A DNA stretch of 64,000 bases. It comes from Vitrella brassicaformis CCMP3155. Lineage: Eukaryota > Protista > Chromerida. The stretch lies in the NCBI GenBank assembly GCA_001179505.1, contig CDMY01000363.1:1-64000 (forward strand). Reading direction: 5' to 3'. The position numbers and the translations under genes are program-made. The notes beneath the pieces are model-generated. The model saw nothing but the letters and a program-made list of their open reading frames with translations. It ran no database searches and was not told the origin of the DNA. Of this stretch, positions 11,534 to 24,400 are shown in pieces; position 1 is the stretch's first letter, and each line of letters begins with the position of its first letter.

Positions 11534-12302
11534 ATGTCTGAGTCATTCTCGAGCCTCGTGGAACGCCCTTCATCGTTCGCGGCCCTCGATGCATTCGTGC
11601 AGTTCACAGCAGATCTCTCTGCGGACGTACAAGCGCTCACCGAGGCGGCGACTTCCGGCAGCACCAGCCAGGAGCCTCCGAGCATCGACGGCATCAAGCG
11701 CCACATAGCAGTAGCGGAGGAGGCCCGTGACACCCTCAAGGGCGTCGGGGAGAAGCTCGACACTGTGGCGGGTGCTGCTGAGCTGGCGGATCTGTGCAAG
11801 AAGCTCAACATCCAGCATGAGCTCATGGCCAAGACGATAGCCAAGGAGCTGGCGCGGCGCAAATACGCCGTCCCGGAAGCGTAAGTGAGACCAACGGATG
11901 GCTGAAGGAAATCCGACCCATTCTTTCTTTCCTTGCATCAGGTTGCTGCGGCCGTCGATGGAGGTCCATGTCCAGCCCAAGCCCCATCTGAGCAAACTGT
12001 CGACGCCCTTCGGCTCCATCAACCCATCGCCCGCACCACCCAGCCCCCTGCAACGTGCTCCCACACCGACCTTTGAGAGTCTGGGGCTGTCGAAGGAGTG
12101 TCTGGAAAAGCTGCAGCAGATGGACAAGGACGACGGGGACGACAAAGACGACGGACAGGGCGGGGAGAAAGTAGCCGATGACGGCGGTGACAATGGTGTG
12201 TTGGCGGGTTACTCGCCCTCACCGCCCGTCCCCGTGCCGGCCTCTAGAGTTGGCAGTGGGAGGCTGGGGGCGGGGGGCGGAGGAAGTGAGATAGACGAGT
12301 GA
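11534..12302 (+). CDS. Putative SKA3-like kinetochore protein (2 exons)
   Basis: N-terminal amphipathic helical region (FAALDAFVQFTADLSADVQAL...), intron 11881-11941, then PTPTFESLGLSKECLEKL, which resembles the Ska3 'P.L.DFG[LI]S..CL' motif as recalled, and a Pro/Ser-rich and acidic tail. Confidence 0.5.
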
Positions 12303-12841
12303 CTGGAGGGCGTGAGATAGATAGACATGTTGACAGGCATTCCTGTCTGTCAATGCACACAGAGAGGAGGGGTAGAATGTACAGACACACACGGCCCATT
12401 AACATGTCCACTTGGTCGATCGATCGATACAAAACGGCCTAACGAATTGGGGCAGTAAGTGAGTGAGTCCCTCTCCCCCCGACAAAACTCGCTCCACCCC
12501 GTCGAGGACGAAGCTACCACACACAGAGACAGATGGAAAAACAGTATTGGCTGGCATAAAGTGACAGAGATGACTGGATGACGCCTATCGCACACAGCAC
12601 ACACGCGCACAAAGATGGGCAGACAGACTACACACAGGCGTGCAGGCCGTGAGTGGTTAGGTGGGTGGGTTGGACCAAAAAGCGCACCACTCGCACGCAC
12701 AAGGAAGCCTACTACCTACTCGTCCATCCATCCATCCATCCGTCCATCTGTGTGTCTGTACATATAAAACCAGGCTCGCTGGCTGGTGCGTCTGTCTGTC
12801 TGTCTGTCTGTGTGTGTGTGCGTGTGGATGGGTGCGTCTGT

Positions 12842-15800
12842 TTAGAGGATCTCCTGCCGGTTGTCGTAGGCCGTGCGGGCACGCTTCGGCACAAAAGCCT
12901 CTGAATACACACGCACACACACACACACCTGTGGAGAAACTCTAGTGCCGTCTTATCTGTCTGTGTGTCGTGTGTACCTTTTCTGGAGTGGAGGCGCTTG
13001 CTGTCGGCGTCCACCACCACCTGACGCACACACACAGCACACAAATGGAATATGTCGCCAATCCATCCATCCATTTGTGTGTGGAGATGTTGGCTCTTTG
13101 CTTTGTCGTTCACCTTTGGGACGACTTGGTTGAGTTGTTCTAGCCAGGTGTCTGACACCGACGGCCCCAGCCGCTGAATTACGTCACGCACCTATACACA
13201 CAACACACACACACACACAGATACACGACCAGGCATGGCCGTTGGTTGGCTTAATGCGTACAGTGATTTGGAGCTCCATCCGTGTGAAGGCGATCTCCCG
13301 CTCCTGGTCACGCCACAAATTGACACTGACAACACAATCCCACAACACAACACAGCACAGCACACATACGGCTGTATCCATGTGTGCGCTGTGTCGGCTG
13401 GTGTCGAGCGCATCCCTTCGCCCTGCCCACCTTCTTAAAACAGACCCAAACAGCGTCCGGATGGTCCTGAGAGGCAGGTGGCATGGACCAACAAGACAAC
13501 GATCCGGTGTTTGTTTGTCGGATTGCTGCGGGTGGGTCTGTGGTTTACCCACCTACCTACCTGATGAGGGGAATGACCTTCTCCATCTGACGCAGACTCG
13601 CTGTGTTCACCACAGACAGAGAGAGAAGATGTCACACACGCACGCACACACAGCATCCCTGTCAGTCGAGAAGCCTACCATAGTAAGCTGAGGGCAGTAC
13701 GGCCATACCCACAATGACCGTCAACAGCCGCTCGTGCCAATTGCTGCATTCATTCGACCAAAGAATGGATGGACACGGACACAACACAACACAACACAAC
13801 ACAGCACAGTGTGAAGGCACGGCGTCCGCTCACTCAGTGACTCACTCGAAGTAGATGAATCCGAATATGAGTGAGTAGATGAGGTTGAACAGCGGCACCA
13901 TCACCAAAGCTACCAAAATCTTGTAACTGACACACACACACACACACACACATATGCAGCGCCTGTCTGCAGCCAGCCAGCCTGCCGGTTCTGCCGCCCA
14001 CCTTGCGAGCACATCGGTGGCGCGGATCTTGACCTTGGACTCCTTCAACGCCTACGTGCACGAACACAACACAACACAACACAATGGGCTTGCTCCCTTG
14101 TCGATCTGTGCTGTGTGTGTACCCACCTTGGCTTGATGCAGGCTGGACTGCCGCCAGCAGATCATCCATATGGGGCCCCACAACACCATCAACGGAGCAC
14201 CCTGCACCACACACACACACACACACACGCGTGCCGTGTCTGTGTGCCAGGTCCAGTGTGGTTGTCTGTCCAGGCGAGTCAGCTGGTTCCCTTCCTCCCT
14301 CCCTCCCAGCCTCCCACTGACCAGTGTGACGCTGAGTAGGAGAATGAGCACTCTGTAGAGCAGTGCTGTGATGGACGAGAACAGGCTGACCCGCAGCCGC
14401 CACACCTGGTTGTCACTCACACCATACGCCTTGAGCTTCGCACCTGCAGGCAGGCACACACCAGTGTGATTGATGCATTCGTCAATCAGCCAGTCACACA
14501 CACACACGGCCACACACGGCCGGCATCCATTCTGTGTTGACCGACTGGACTGACCGTACAGCTTGAGCTTCCCCCGGAGGCTGTCGATGTCGGGGCTCTC
14601 GCGGCACTTCTCCCACAAAGTGGAAAACCTGACACACACACAGAGACAAACACCTCTCTCTCTCTCTCTCTCTGTCTCTGTGTGTGTGTGTGTGTGTGCG
14701 TGTGCAGTGTTGTGTGTGCCTACATTTGGCTCATGACGAACATGCTCTCGCGGGGCAGCTTCGTGCGGTCGGGCTTATACAACGACTGCACACACACACA
14801 CACGGAGAGAAGGGTCTGAGTGCGGTGCAGTGGGTGAGGTCCTGCTGACTGACCACGGAGAGTCTGATGCACTTCTGCTCCTCGTAGTCGCCGGCCGTCA
14901 GTATCACTCGACGCAGACTCTGAGCAACACACACCACACCAGAATGCCCTCAGTGCTATGATATCGTCTGGGTGTGTGTGTACCTTGTCGACAATAGCGA
15001 GTAGCTCATTGACGGCGTCGCGTCGCTCCTGGTCGTTCTGGTAGCGCTCAACCAGCGAATCCTCCGGCTGAACAAAAAAGCACACACATAGCACAGATGC
15101 GTCCCCTCCGTCTCTATGCATGTGTTGATCGACCGACGGCTGCGTGCCTGTATGGGCATGCCAATCTCGATGATGGCCTGGCTGCGGAACCGGTGCGCCT
15201 GCCAGCCAGCCATGTCAACACCACCATAATCTGTCAGGCAATGGGTTGGTTCAAGCGCCGACCGGCTCACCTCGAAGTAGTTGATTCCGACAGGCACGAT
15301 GGTGACGCCCTCGGCGCCCTCACTGATGGACGAGAGGGCCATGATGGCCACCCCTGGCTTCAGCGGCAGAAGCGTCGTGCGGTCGTGGGAACCACCCTGA
15401 GCACATGGACACACAGCCGTGCAGAATAGGCGGCGGCGCGTTGGCATGTTGGTTGAGGTATATATTCACCTCGGGGAATATGCCGATGCATCCGCCTGCC
15501 CTCAGGTGGTCGTTGACGGCATCGTACACATCGGCCTGGTCCACCTTGGGCAGCACCTGCACACACCACAAGAGAAAGAGAGACACTCAACTCAGAAGAC
15601 ATACAGATGTAGTGCAGTCAATGGACACAATGGACACAATGGACAGACACGCACACGGGTCGCTTGCCTTGAACTGTGCTCCGCCTTCGGGAGGCTGGTA
15701 GTCCTCGGGCACAGTATCGCTGATCTGCGCCTCGGTGTCCTACACACACACACACACACACACACACGTACGGTGTCTTCATCTGCGTATGTCTGTCTGC

Positions 15801-16833
15801 ATGGGTTGTGTATGTATGGTAGGTATAAGGTCTGGACCGATAAGACATCAGCGATGGTGACGGACGGCCCGCTGGTCTTGCCGTCGGGCTTCATGGGCGA
15901 CACCTTGTCGCCCGGCTTGAAGTCCAGACGAAAGGCAGTCTCCTCACCCTGCACCAACGACACCATCCATCCATCAAGCCACCCACACCATGGCGGCGTG
16001 CTGAAGGCATGTGCGCCTTGTGGGGTTGGGCGGCTGACCTTGACGGTCTTGTCACCCGGCGTGAGAATGAGCTTCCCTGATTCATTGATTCAGACAGACA
16101 GACAGACAGACAGACACATTCCAACACACCCACACACCCACACACCCAGGCCATTCCTATCCGTCAATCAATCGGGGTCTGGTTTGGTCTGATGTGTTGT
16201 TTATGGTTCCCTACCTTTGCCTTTGAATGTGAGGTCCTGAGGCCTCTTGACGGGGATGCACCCGGCACCCTTGCACAGCATGCCTATCACCGGACGGTGA
16301 AACGACTACACAATCACACAAACACACGTACGTGTGGTGCAGCCGTCCGTCCACCCTGCAGTGTCCGCTTCCGAGTGAGTGACTGAGTGAGTGAGTGACC
16401 TTTGCGGCCACGAGAAAGGATACGTCGCGGGGCATCTTGCCAATCAACATGGCCCCGTCAACGAACTGATTCGAGTGGTTGCCCACAAAGATCACCTGCA
16501 CATATCACAGCCACACATTCACACAGACGGCCCCAGCTGTGTGCCGCGCCGCCCCAGTGCCGTCCGTTGTCACTGTGGACTCATGTGTTGATCTCACCGG
16601 TCCATAGAGCGGGATTCGCTCCAGGCCCACCACATCCACCTCCCGAAAGAACACATGCAGGATCACTCTGACACACACACAGACAGACACACCGACATAA
16701 GATAAAACACACACCAGATGAGCTTGCTCCTCTCTCTCTGTTTGCCTTTGTGTTTGTGTGTGTCGTTGTCTGCTCACTTGCAGCACCACTGCACCAGGGC
16801 GTAGCTGCCCGCCTCCCAGTCGACGAACGCCAT
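12842..16833 (-). CDS. GPAT: Glycerol-3-phosphate O-acyltransferase, SCT1/GPT2 (fungal/protist ER) type, ~20 small exons
   Basis: VIFVGNHSNQFVDG (catalytic H...D), IPVKRPQD, GIFPE|GGSHDRTTLLPLKPG, VPVGINYF, FRSQAIIEIG, and the C-terminal KVKIRATDVLA|SYKILVALV with TM segments; MAFVDW start at 16833 and EIL* stop at 12842. Confidence 0.93.
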
Positions 16834-17043
16834 GTGTGTTGTGCGGCTCTTGACGTCTGCGGTTCAAGCCGGCTATGGCACCATCTGTAGCTGCCCTACG
16901 CGGCTCTGATCAGCCTCCATCTCACCTTCAACCTTTTTGGACGCTTAGCTCGCAGATCGTCGTCGCAAGCTTACCCCCCAAGTGGCTGATCTGGCGTCAC
17001 GGCTGCTAAGAGTGCCGCCATCACTCGCAGACCTATCGGACTC
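16834..17043. promoter_or_regulatory. Probable bidirectional promoter between GPAT and lipoate ligase
   Basis: A 210-bp gap separates the divergent ATGs at 16833 (-) and 17044 (+); inferred from geometry only. Confidence 0.5.
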
Positions 17044-18982
17044 ATGATCCTCCGACGGACAGCGACTCGCTTGTCTGCCCGCAGCGCAGCCCTCAGATCT
17101 GCACGCCGCTGCGCCGCCTCGTCGACATCTGCCGTCGGGCCCGTGAACGTGCTGCTTGGGCGTGAGCTGAGCAACCACTTCCACCTGGCGACGGAGCTGT
17201 TCTTGATAGAGGAGCGGCAGCCGCGGCAGCCGACACTCTTTCTGTGGCGCAACGACAAGACGATAGTCATCGGGCGGCACCAGAATGTGTGGCGGGAGTG
17301 CGATGTGCAGAAAATGGACAGGGACGGGGTGCAGCTGTCCAGGCGCGACAGCGGGGGAGGGGCCGTCTATCAGGTGAATGTGACAGGACAGCATCAATCG
17401 ACAGACACATCCACTCACTCACTCATGGGACGGTGAATGCATGCGTCAATGTGTTGTGCCTGCAGGATCTTGGCAACACGTGTTTCACCTTCCTCAGTCC
17501 GGGCGGCACTTTCGACAAGGCACGCAACAACGCCATCATACTGAACGCTCTCAAAAACAGATTCGGTGAGCCACGACAGACAGACACGCAGAAGAACAGC
17601 TGTCGACTGACGAGGGAGGGTGTGTGTTTGTGTTTGTGTTGGTAAGGCACCCAGGGCGAGGCGTCAGGCCGCAATGATCTGGTGGTCGATGGCAAGAAGG
17701 TGCGTTGCTGGAGGGGGTGGACGGAGGGGATGGCTGTGTGAGTGACTGCGTGTGTGTGTGTGTGTGTTGGTGTGTTGTGGTTAGAGCAGTTTTCGGGTGC
17801 CGCGTTCAAGCAGCTGGGGCCTGTAGACCTCCACCACGGTACGAAAAGCCGAGCGAGTGAAGGAGGGAGGGAGGGAGAACAGATGGACGAGATTATTCCT
17901 TGTGGTGTGTAATGCAGGCACTTTGCTGCTCCACGTGGATCTCGATGGCCTCGGGCGCTACCTCACACCACACAAGCTCAAGCTGCAGGTAGGTACCATA
18001 GCATAGCACGCAGCGCTTATACGCACACACACCAATGGACGGCCTATCCTACACGCTGCGGTTGGTTGGTATGTGCAGAGCAAGGGTGTGGCCAGTGTGG
18101 CGGCCCGGGTGTGCAATCTGCGGGACCTCAACCCTGAAATCAACCACCAAACCGTACACACACACAGACACACACAGAGCCAGAGATACTCTCTGTTTAC
18201 GGATGTGTGTGGCGTATGTGTATCCCCACGTGCTGATCAGGTGTGCGACGCCTTGATAGCGGAGTTCGCCAGGTCCTACGGCGCCGACCCCGACAGCATC
18301 CAGGCCGAGGAGGTGACCAGTACCTCGCCGCTCACACAGTCCCAAGTTTTCCAGAAACACCTCAGTCGACTGCAGGTACACACACACACACAGGAAGAGG
18401 CGTCTGGGTGCACTAAAACCTGCTCTGTGTGTGTCGGTGTAGGATTGGGAGTGGCGGTTTGGGAGCTCACCTCAGTTCTCGCACGAGCTCGAGACGCGAT
18501 TCGACTGGGGCACTTTCGTAAGCCTTGTCACTTACTCACCGCCGGCCGACGGACTTGAGACAGACAGTGCAGAAGTGTCGCTCGCTGTGTGTGTTTGTGT
18601 GTGTCGATTCGATCAGACGGTTCATTTGGATGTCAAGGGCGGCGTGGTTTCGCAGTGCCGCATTTTTTCGGACTGCCTCGACGCACCCCTAATCGACCTG
18701 CTCACCACGTCCTTACAGGGTGGGTAGCACACACACTCGCGGTATATGGGTCATATGTGTGTGTGTGTTGTGTAGGTGTCAAGTACGATCCGTCGGAGCT
18801 CTACAAGGCCGCGCTCAAAGTGGCAGGTGGGTGAGGGAAGAAAGGCACCATGAATGGCCGCCAGCCAACTCATCTGACATTTTCTGCGGCTGGGGCGTGT
18901 GTGTGTGTGGTCAGATACGGATGTGCGTGAGTCTTGGATGAAGGAGTTCGGCAGCTGGATCAGGGAACAAGTCGCCACCTAG
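17044..18982 (+). CDS. LPLA: Lipoate-protein ligase A with a probable mitochondrial transit peptide
   Basis: LFLWRNDKTIVIGRHQNVW, RRDSGGGAVYQ|DLGN, SGRNDLVVDGKK|FSGAAF, HHG|TLLL, SKGVASV, DWEWRFG, RFDWG; the N-terminus is Arg/Ser/Ala-rich and acid-free. Confidence 0.95.
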
Positions 18983-19351
18983 CTTGATGAAGGCACCTTA
19001 AGATTTAGTCTGTCCGTCGGTCGGTGTGCTTCTGTCGCTTTTTCTGAGCGGCGTTGCGTTGCCTTGACATGAATGACACACACTGTGTCTCTGTCTCATG
19101 AATAATCCGTCATCACTCGGTCATCCTAGAGAGCCAGCTACGCAGTAAGTCAGCAGCGCATAAGCGCACCCCCGACTAACTGCGGAGCCCGCCAGCCAGG
19201 CCTGACCAGAGTGATGCCAGCTCTCGAGTCAGTCAGCCCACACACAATACATACCGACAACAAAGGAAGATACACCACATCGCACCGCATTGCATCACAC
19301 CATTAGCTCTGTCGCCCTCTTATCGATGCACGGGGGTGGGGTCCGTCCACT

Positions 19352-21255
19352 TCATGTCTTGCAAGTGTCTTGGAAGAGCGAGTTCATGATCCGGTCAACG
19401 AAGCCCGCGTCATACAGGGCACCGTCGGGCGGCCGCCGCGGCTCGGGCGCCTGAACACACGAGCCGCGCCACAAGGCTCATCGTGTGTGTGCGCCTGTGT
19501 GGGGTCTGGCTGACCATGAAGTTTGCCAGTTTGGGTATGGGCACATATCTGATCTTGCGGCCCTTTGACGCCCGCCTGTCGACCTCCTTGCGCTTGGCCG
19601 CGCTCTCTGAACCAACAAACACACATTGGGACCCACAGAGGAACACAATGCCCCGACGAGCGAGCGAACCACCATTCATTCACTGACCTCTTCGCTTGAG
19701 CTTGGCCGCGAGCGAGCTGGAGGCCCCCAGCTGGTTGAGCAGCTCGCGGCGGTCCGGGGCGTCGTCACTGTCGTGCTGGAAGGGCGACGTGACGTCACGC
19801 GACTGCACAATGTCACGCAGCAGCTGCACGTAGAAGTCCTGATGGAACGAACCATCGATGAGTCACACACAAACACACAATGATTGATTAACATGGGCGG
19901 CGAGTCAGTGAGTGTGTTGTCCCTTTACTTGGTCGTCATAGATGTGGTGTGCGGCCTCTGACGGGTCGTTGTCGGCAGCAGAAGTGGCCAGCACCTTGAT
20001 GGCGCTCTCAGCGGGGCGGCTGCGGGCGATCAGACGATCCAGGTCCTGACACAAGACGAGACGGGGAACATCATGACATCGCACTTCTGTTTTTCCGCTT
20101 CCTCACCTTCTCAGCGTGCCGCAGCTGCACTGCCAGTGGCTGGTCAAAAGCCTTGAAGCTGTGGGATACCTGCCGCACCACCACCACACACCAACTCACA
20201 CGCTTTTTGGGTGGGGTGTGGGTTGGTCTCACTCTCTCTCTCTCTCTCTCTCCCCACCTGAAGAGTGGTTTCTTTTTTCCACTGGTCGGCCTTGTGCAGC
20301 GCCCAGGTGCGCACCCGCTTGGCCTGCCGCTCGACGCCGGCCTCACCACACCACAGCGACCGCTCATCGGCAGCAGCACTGGACGACCACTGCCGCTTCC
20401 GGAGTGACTTGGGAGCATCTGAATCATTGGAGGGGCCGCCATCCTCTTGACCGTCATTGAGGACTTGGAGGGCCTCGTGGAGCTGCAGTCAGATATAAAC
20501 ACATAATGAATCTCTCGTGTGTGCGTGTGTGCGTGTGTGCGTGTGTGTGTGTGTGTGTGCGCCATCGGCACCTCTGGGTGGAGTTTGGCGAGTTTGCTCT
20601 GTAGCTCCAGCAGCCCCACCAGCACCTCAGCCACCTCGAGAGCAGCGCAATCCATCGCACGCACCACCCTGTTGCCCCTCCCCTCACGCACACCCACAGG
20701 CAGCTGGTTGGCCTGCGAGAGGATGCCCTGGAGGGCCACCCGGCAGTGGACGACCTCCTTCCAGAGCCCCTGCTGTGTCTGCACATGCTTGGCCTTGGTG
20801 TACTCCTGCTCGGCCGTCTGCCGCCGCTGCTTGACGAATTGTAGAGCCTCCTTCTGCCTGCTGGCCTCGATGCGCCGCGTCTTGTCCTCGAGGGATGGGT
20901 CAAGGGACACATGCAGGCCGCTCAGGTCCACAGAGGGGAAACCACCATCTTGCTCCTCGTCCATCTGCTCGTCTCCCTCCTCTCCTTCCTCGCTTGGAGC
21001 ATCGTCGCTTTCCTCATCCTCCTCGTCGTCAAACGGCGCGGCAAACTGGCGATCTCGCTCCTTCTGCAGGTCAGCCCGGGTCACCCGCTGCCCGCGATAC
21101 CGCTCGGGCAGCTCCAGCACCCTCCCACGGCCCGGCCTGCCCTCATCGGCCTTCGGGAGGTCTCTGTACCGGGCAGCGGCGGATGTGTGGTCCAGATCGG
21201 CAAAGGCGAAGTCATCCTCGATGTCCTGGTCGACGAATGCTGCCTCGACACTCAT
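19352..21255 (-). CDS. BFR2: BFR2/AATF (TRAUB) ribosome-biogenesis factor
   Basis: Acidic N-terminus, QQGLWKEVVHCRVALQ, DFYVQLLRDIV, and the C-terminal VDRRASKGRKIRYVPIPKLANFM|APE...DRIMNSLF signature. Confidence 0.92.
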
Positions 21256-21413
21256 TCTTACCGAATGAAGCTCGCATTTGGCTGGCGACGATCGCGGTGA
21301 CGCCGTTCTTCGCTTGTCCGTGAACATGTGTGCGTCGAGGAATAGTGTGAAGATCATAGCTGACGGCGGTTGAAAGAAGTCTGTGAAGATTGTTTGTGTG
21401 AGTGAGGTGCGTG

Positions 21414-24400
21414 ATGAAGAGCGGCGGTGCGGGCCGTGAGGATGAGCAGCGCAAGGCCCTTCGAAACCTTGGGATGAGCCTGAAGCCTGTGGCACCCGTA
21501 AGCCATAAGCCATAAGCCATGCAACACAAGAAACACATGGCTGCGTTTGGAAGCACTTCCGTGTCGTGTGGTGCATGCTGTCTGTTCAGAAGTCGGTGTC
21601 CGAGAGGCAGCAGGTCCCCAAGCAGGTGGTCGGGCCAGATCCCCTCAACGAGCTTATGGCGCAGCACCAGAAAGATGACTGGGTCAGCCACCACACCTTA
21701 CCAGATAATGTCCCTGCCCTGCATGCAGTGCTCACTCTCTGACTCGACTGCCAGGACGAGGAGGAGGAGCGTCGGCTCCGCGAGGAGAACGCACGCCTGG
21801 AAGCCGAAATAAGGGCCAAAGGTATCAATTTATGCATGGCTCTTTAACACGACGACACACATGCACCCTTGTGTTGTTTGTTCTGAAGAGGAGGCCGAGA
21901 AGCGTCGCAAGGACGAGGAGTTGAAGAAGAACCTCGGCCTCGACGACGAGGACCTCCCCACCCCCCCACCCAAAGCCACCCCGCCCCCGCCAGCCACACC
22001 CCCAAAGGGCGCGTCAGCCTCGCTGTCGCCATCGCCATCGCCGGCGGCCAAAGAGCCCCTTGCTGACGAGCTGCTGCAGGCCATATCGGTGGTGGAGAAG
22101 GGGCTGACCGATGACAAGGGCAACAGGGGGGACGTCCCCAAAGGTGGTGGGCCGGACACGGCCCCGTCCCGTCCAGCTGGTGGCGTGTCGGCCCCTGCAG
22201 CTGCTGTAGAACCGAGGAAGCCTCCCGCTGCCAAGGCTGCCGCTGCTCCGCCACCCACGGATAAGGCTGCCGACGTTGGCCTCCCAGCTGGTAAGAAAGA
22301 GAAGAAAGAGAACAGGACGATACGGCTTTCCACACCAACGAGGTTTGGCCGCTTGTGATGGTGTGTGTGTAGATCCTTCCCCGGCACCGAAGCGTCCGTT
22401 GGCGAGTGCCCCAGGTGCGGCCGCTGAGGACATGTCGCTGCCCATCTTCTCGATCGATGACACGGGGGGCAAAGCCGCACCACCCCCGCCACCCCCAGCG
22501 GCCCCCATCGCAGGTGGAGTGTCGGGGCAGCCAGCCGCAGGGGGAGGAGAGGGGGCTCCATCGGGAGGGCAAAGGACGCGCCGACGCGTACCACTCAGCA
22601 CGGTAGGATCAGATAAGCGTCGCCATGAGAGAGAGAGGATCACTTTTGCTGCGGTGACGTGTTCATTCCTTGGTGCAGAAGCGGTCTGGTCTATCGGGGT
22701 CTCCGCCCGGGGACCCCTTGCCGTCCGTCGGTCCGTCTGATGACAAACTCGATGTCGCACTGGGACTCGCGGACCCCTCGCACCGCCCCGTGACCGCTCC
22801 CGACCATCTGGCGCTCCACGGCATCCCACCGATGCCACTCCAGACCGAGGCAGACAGCGGCCGGGGTGGGCCCCCCTCACTCTCACCTCCGGGCGCGCAC
22901 CGCCCCGACGTGACGACGGCCGCCAGCCCACCACTAGCAGCCGCGCCGCACATGTCGTCGTTGCTGGAGCAGCTGCGCAGCGAGAAGGTGCGACTGTCTG
23001 GTGAGCTGGATGGTGCGTACAAGAAAAAGCGACTCGAGATGGAGCTGCTCGAGTCGACATGGCAGCGGCGGCTGGCGGCCGAGCGGACCGAGTGGAGTTT
23101 GGAGAAGGACCGGCTGGAGATCGCCGTCAGGAGGCTCGAGGAGGAAAACAGACGGTGAATGGGCCACTGACCCCCTTCACCTCAACCACACCACATCGCA
23201 TCGCATGGCATCGTGTGTCTGTCTGCACAGGCTGAAGTCATCTCAGGATGAGGAGTTGCGTCTGTTGGAGGGCGCCAAGGCCAACCAGCAGCAGGTGCTC
23301 GACGCCGAGAGGGACAAGGTGCGCGAGGAGGAGCGCCGCAAGCACCACGCACTCATGGAGGATCGAGACGCCGCACACCAGGCCGCCACTCGCCGGTACC
23401 ACCAGGAGTTCGACCGCAAGCTGGGCGAGGCCAAGGACACATACGAGGAGCAGGTGCGGCGACTGAGGAAACAGCTGCACGACCAGGCCACCGTCGCCTC
23501 ACTCGCAGACAAAGTCCAGGTGGGCGAGGCATGGAGGGAGGGAGGGAGGGAGTGTGTGTGGCGGGTCTGATGACGATACCGATTGACGAACGATTTCGGA
23601 TCGGTCCGTTTTGGACCACGTGCCGACAACTGAGGGGTTTGGCTGAGGGACACGCCCATAGCACAGCACAGCACAGCCTCCACCCCTAAGTGCATGTCAC
23701 GTCCAGACAGAATGACTGATGCACTCACACGGGCCTCTCTGTGCCTGTCTGTGTCTGTCTGTCTGTCTGTGTCAGTCGTCTACGCGTCACGTGGAGGAGT
23801 GGAACGTCCGCCTGCAGGCCGACAAGACACTCGAGGAAACCCGACGCGCAAAAGAGGTACGGCTCAGCACACACAAACAGGATGTTGCCAATGCGTCTTG
23901 TCTGTGTGACAGCTGGAGGCCCGACACGCGGAGCTCAAGGATATGGAGAAGAAGCTGCATCAGCGGCAGCGTGACCTGGACGACCACGAGCAGCGGCTCA
24001 AGACACTCCAGGACGACATCAACAGACAGCGCCAGGAACTGGACCACACCGCACAACGAGACCAAGAGAGGTAGGCAGGCCGAGAGAGGGAGGGTAGCAA
24101 ACAGCCGGCCGACAGTTGTGTGTGCGTGTGGGTGGATCAAGGGTGCGTCGCGAGATGTTGCGTCTGGAGGCCTTGTCAGCGGCGCACCAGGGCGAGGAGG
24201 ACAAGACCCGGTCCAAGTACGAGGAGGTGGAGCGGGAGCTCAACCTGCAGCGCACTGATCTCGAACGACAGCGACAGCACGCCGCCACCCAACTAGACAA
24301 GGTCATTCACTCTGCCAGACGACAATACACTCAACCGCCCCCTCCCTCACATGTCATGCGTGCGTGTATGTGTGTGTTTAGGTGCGTGACGAGTTGGACG

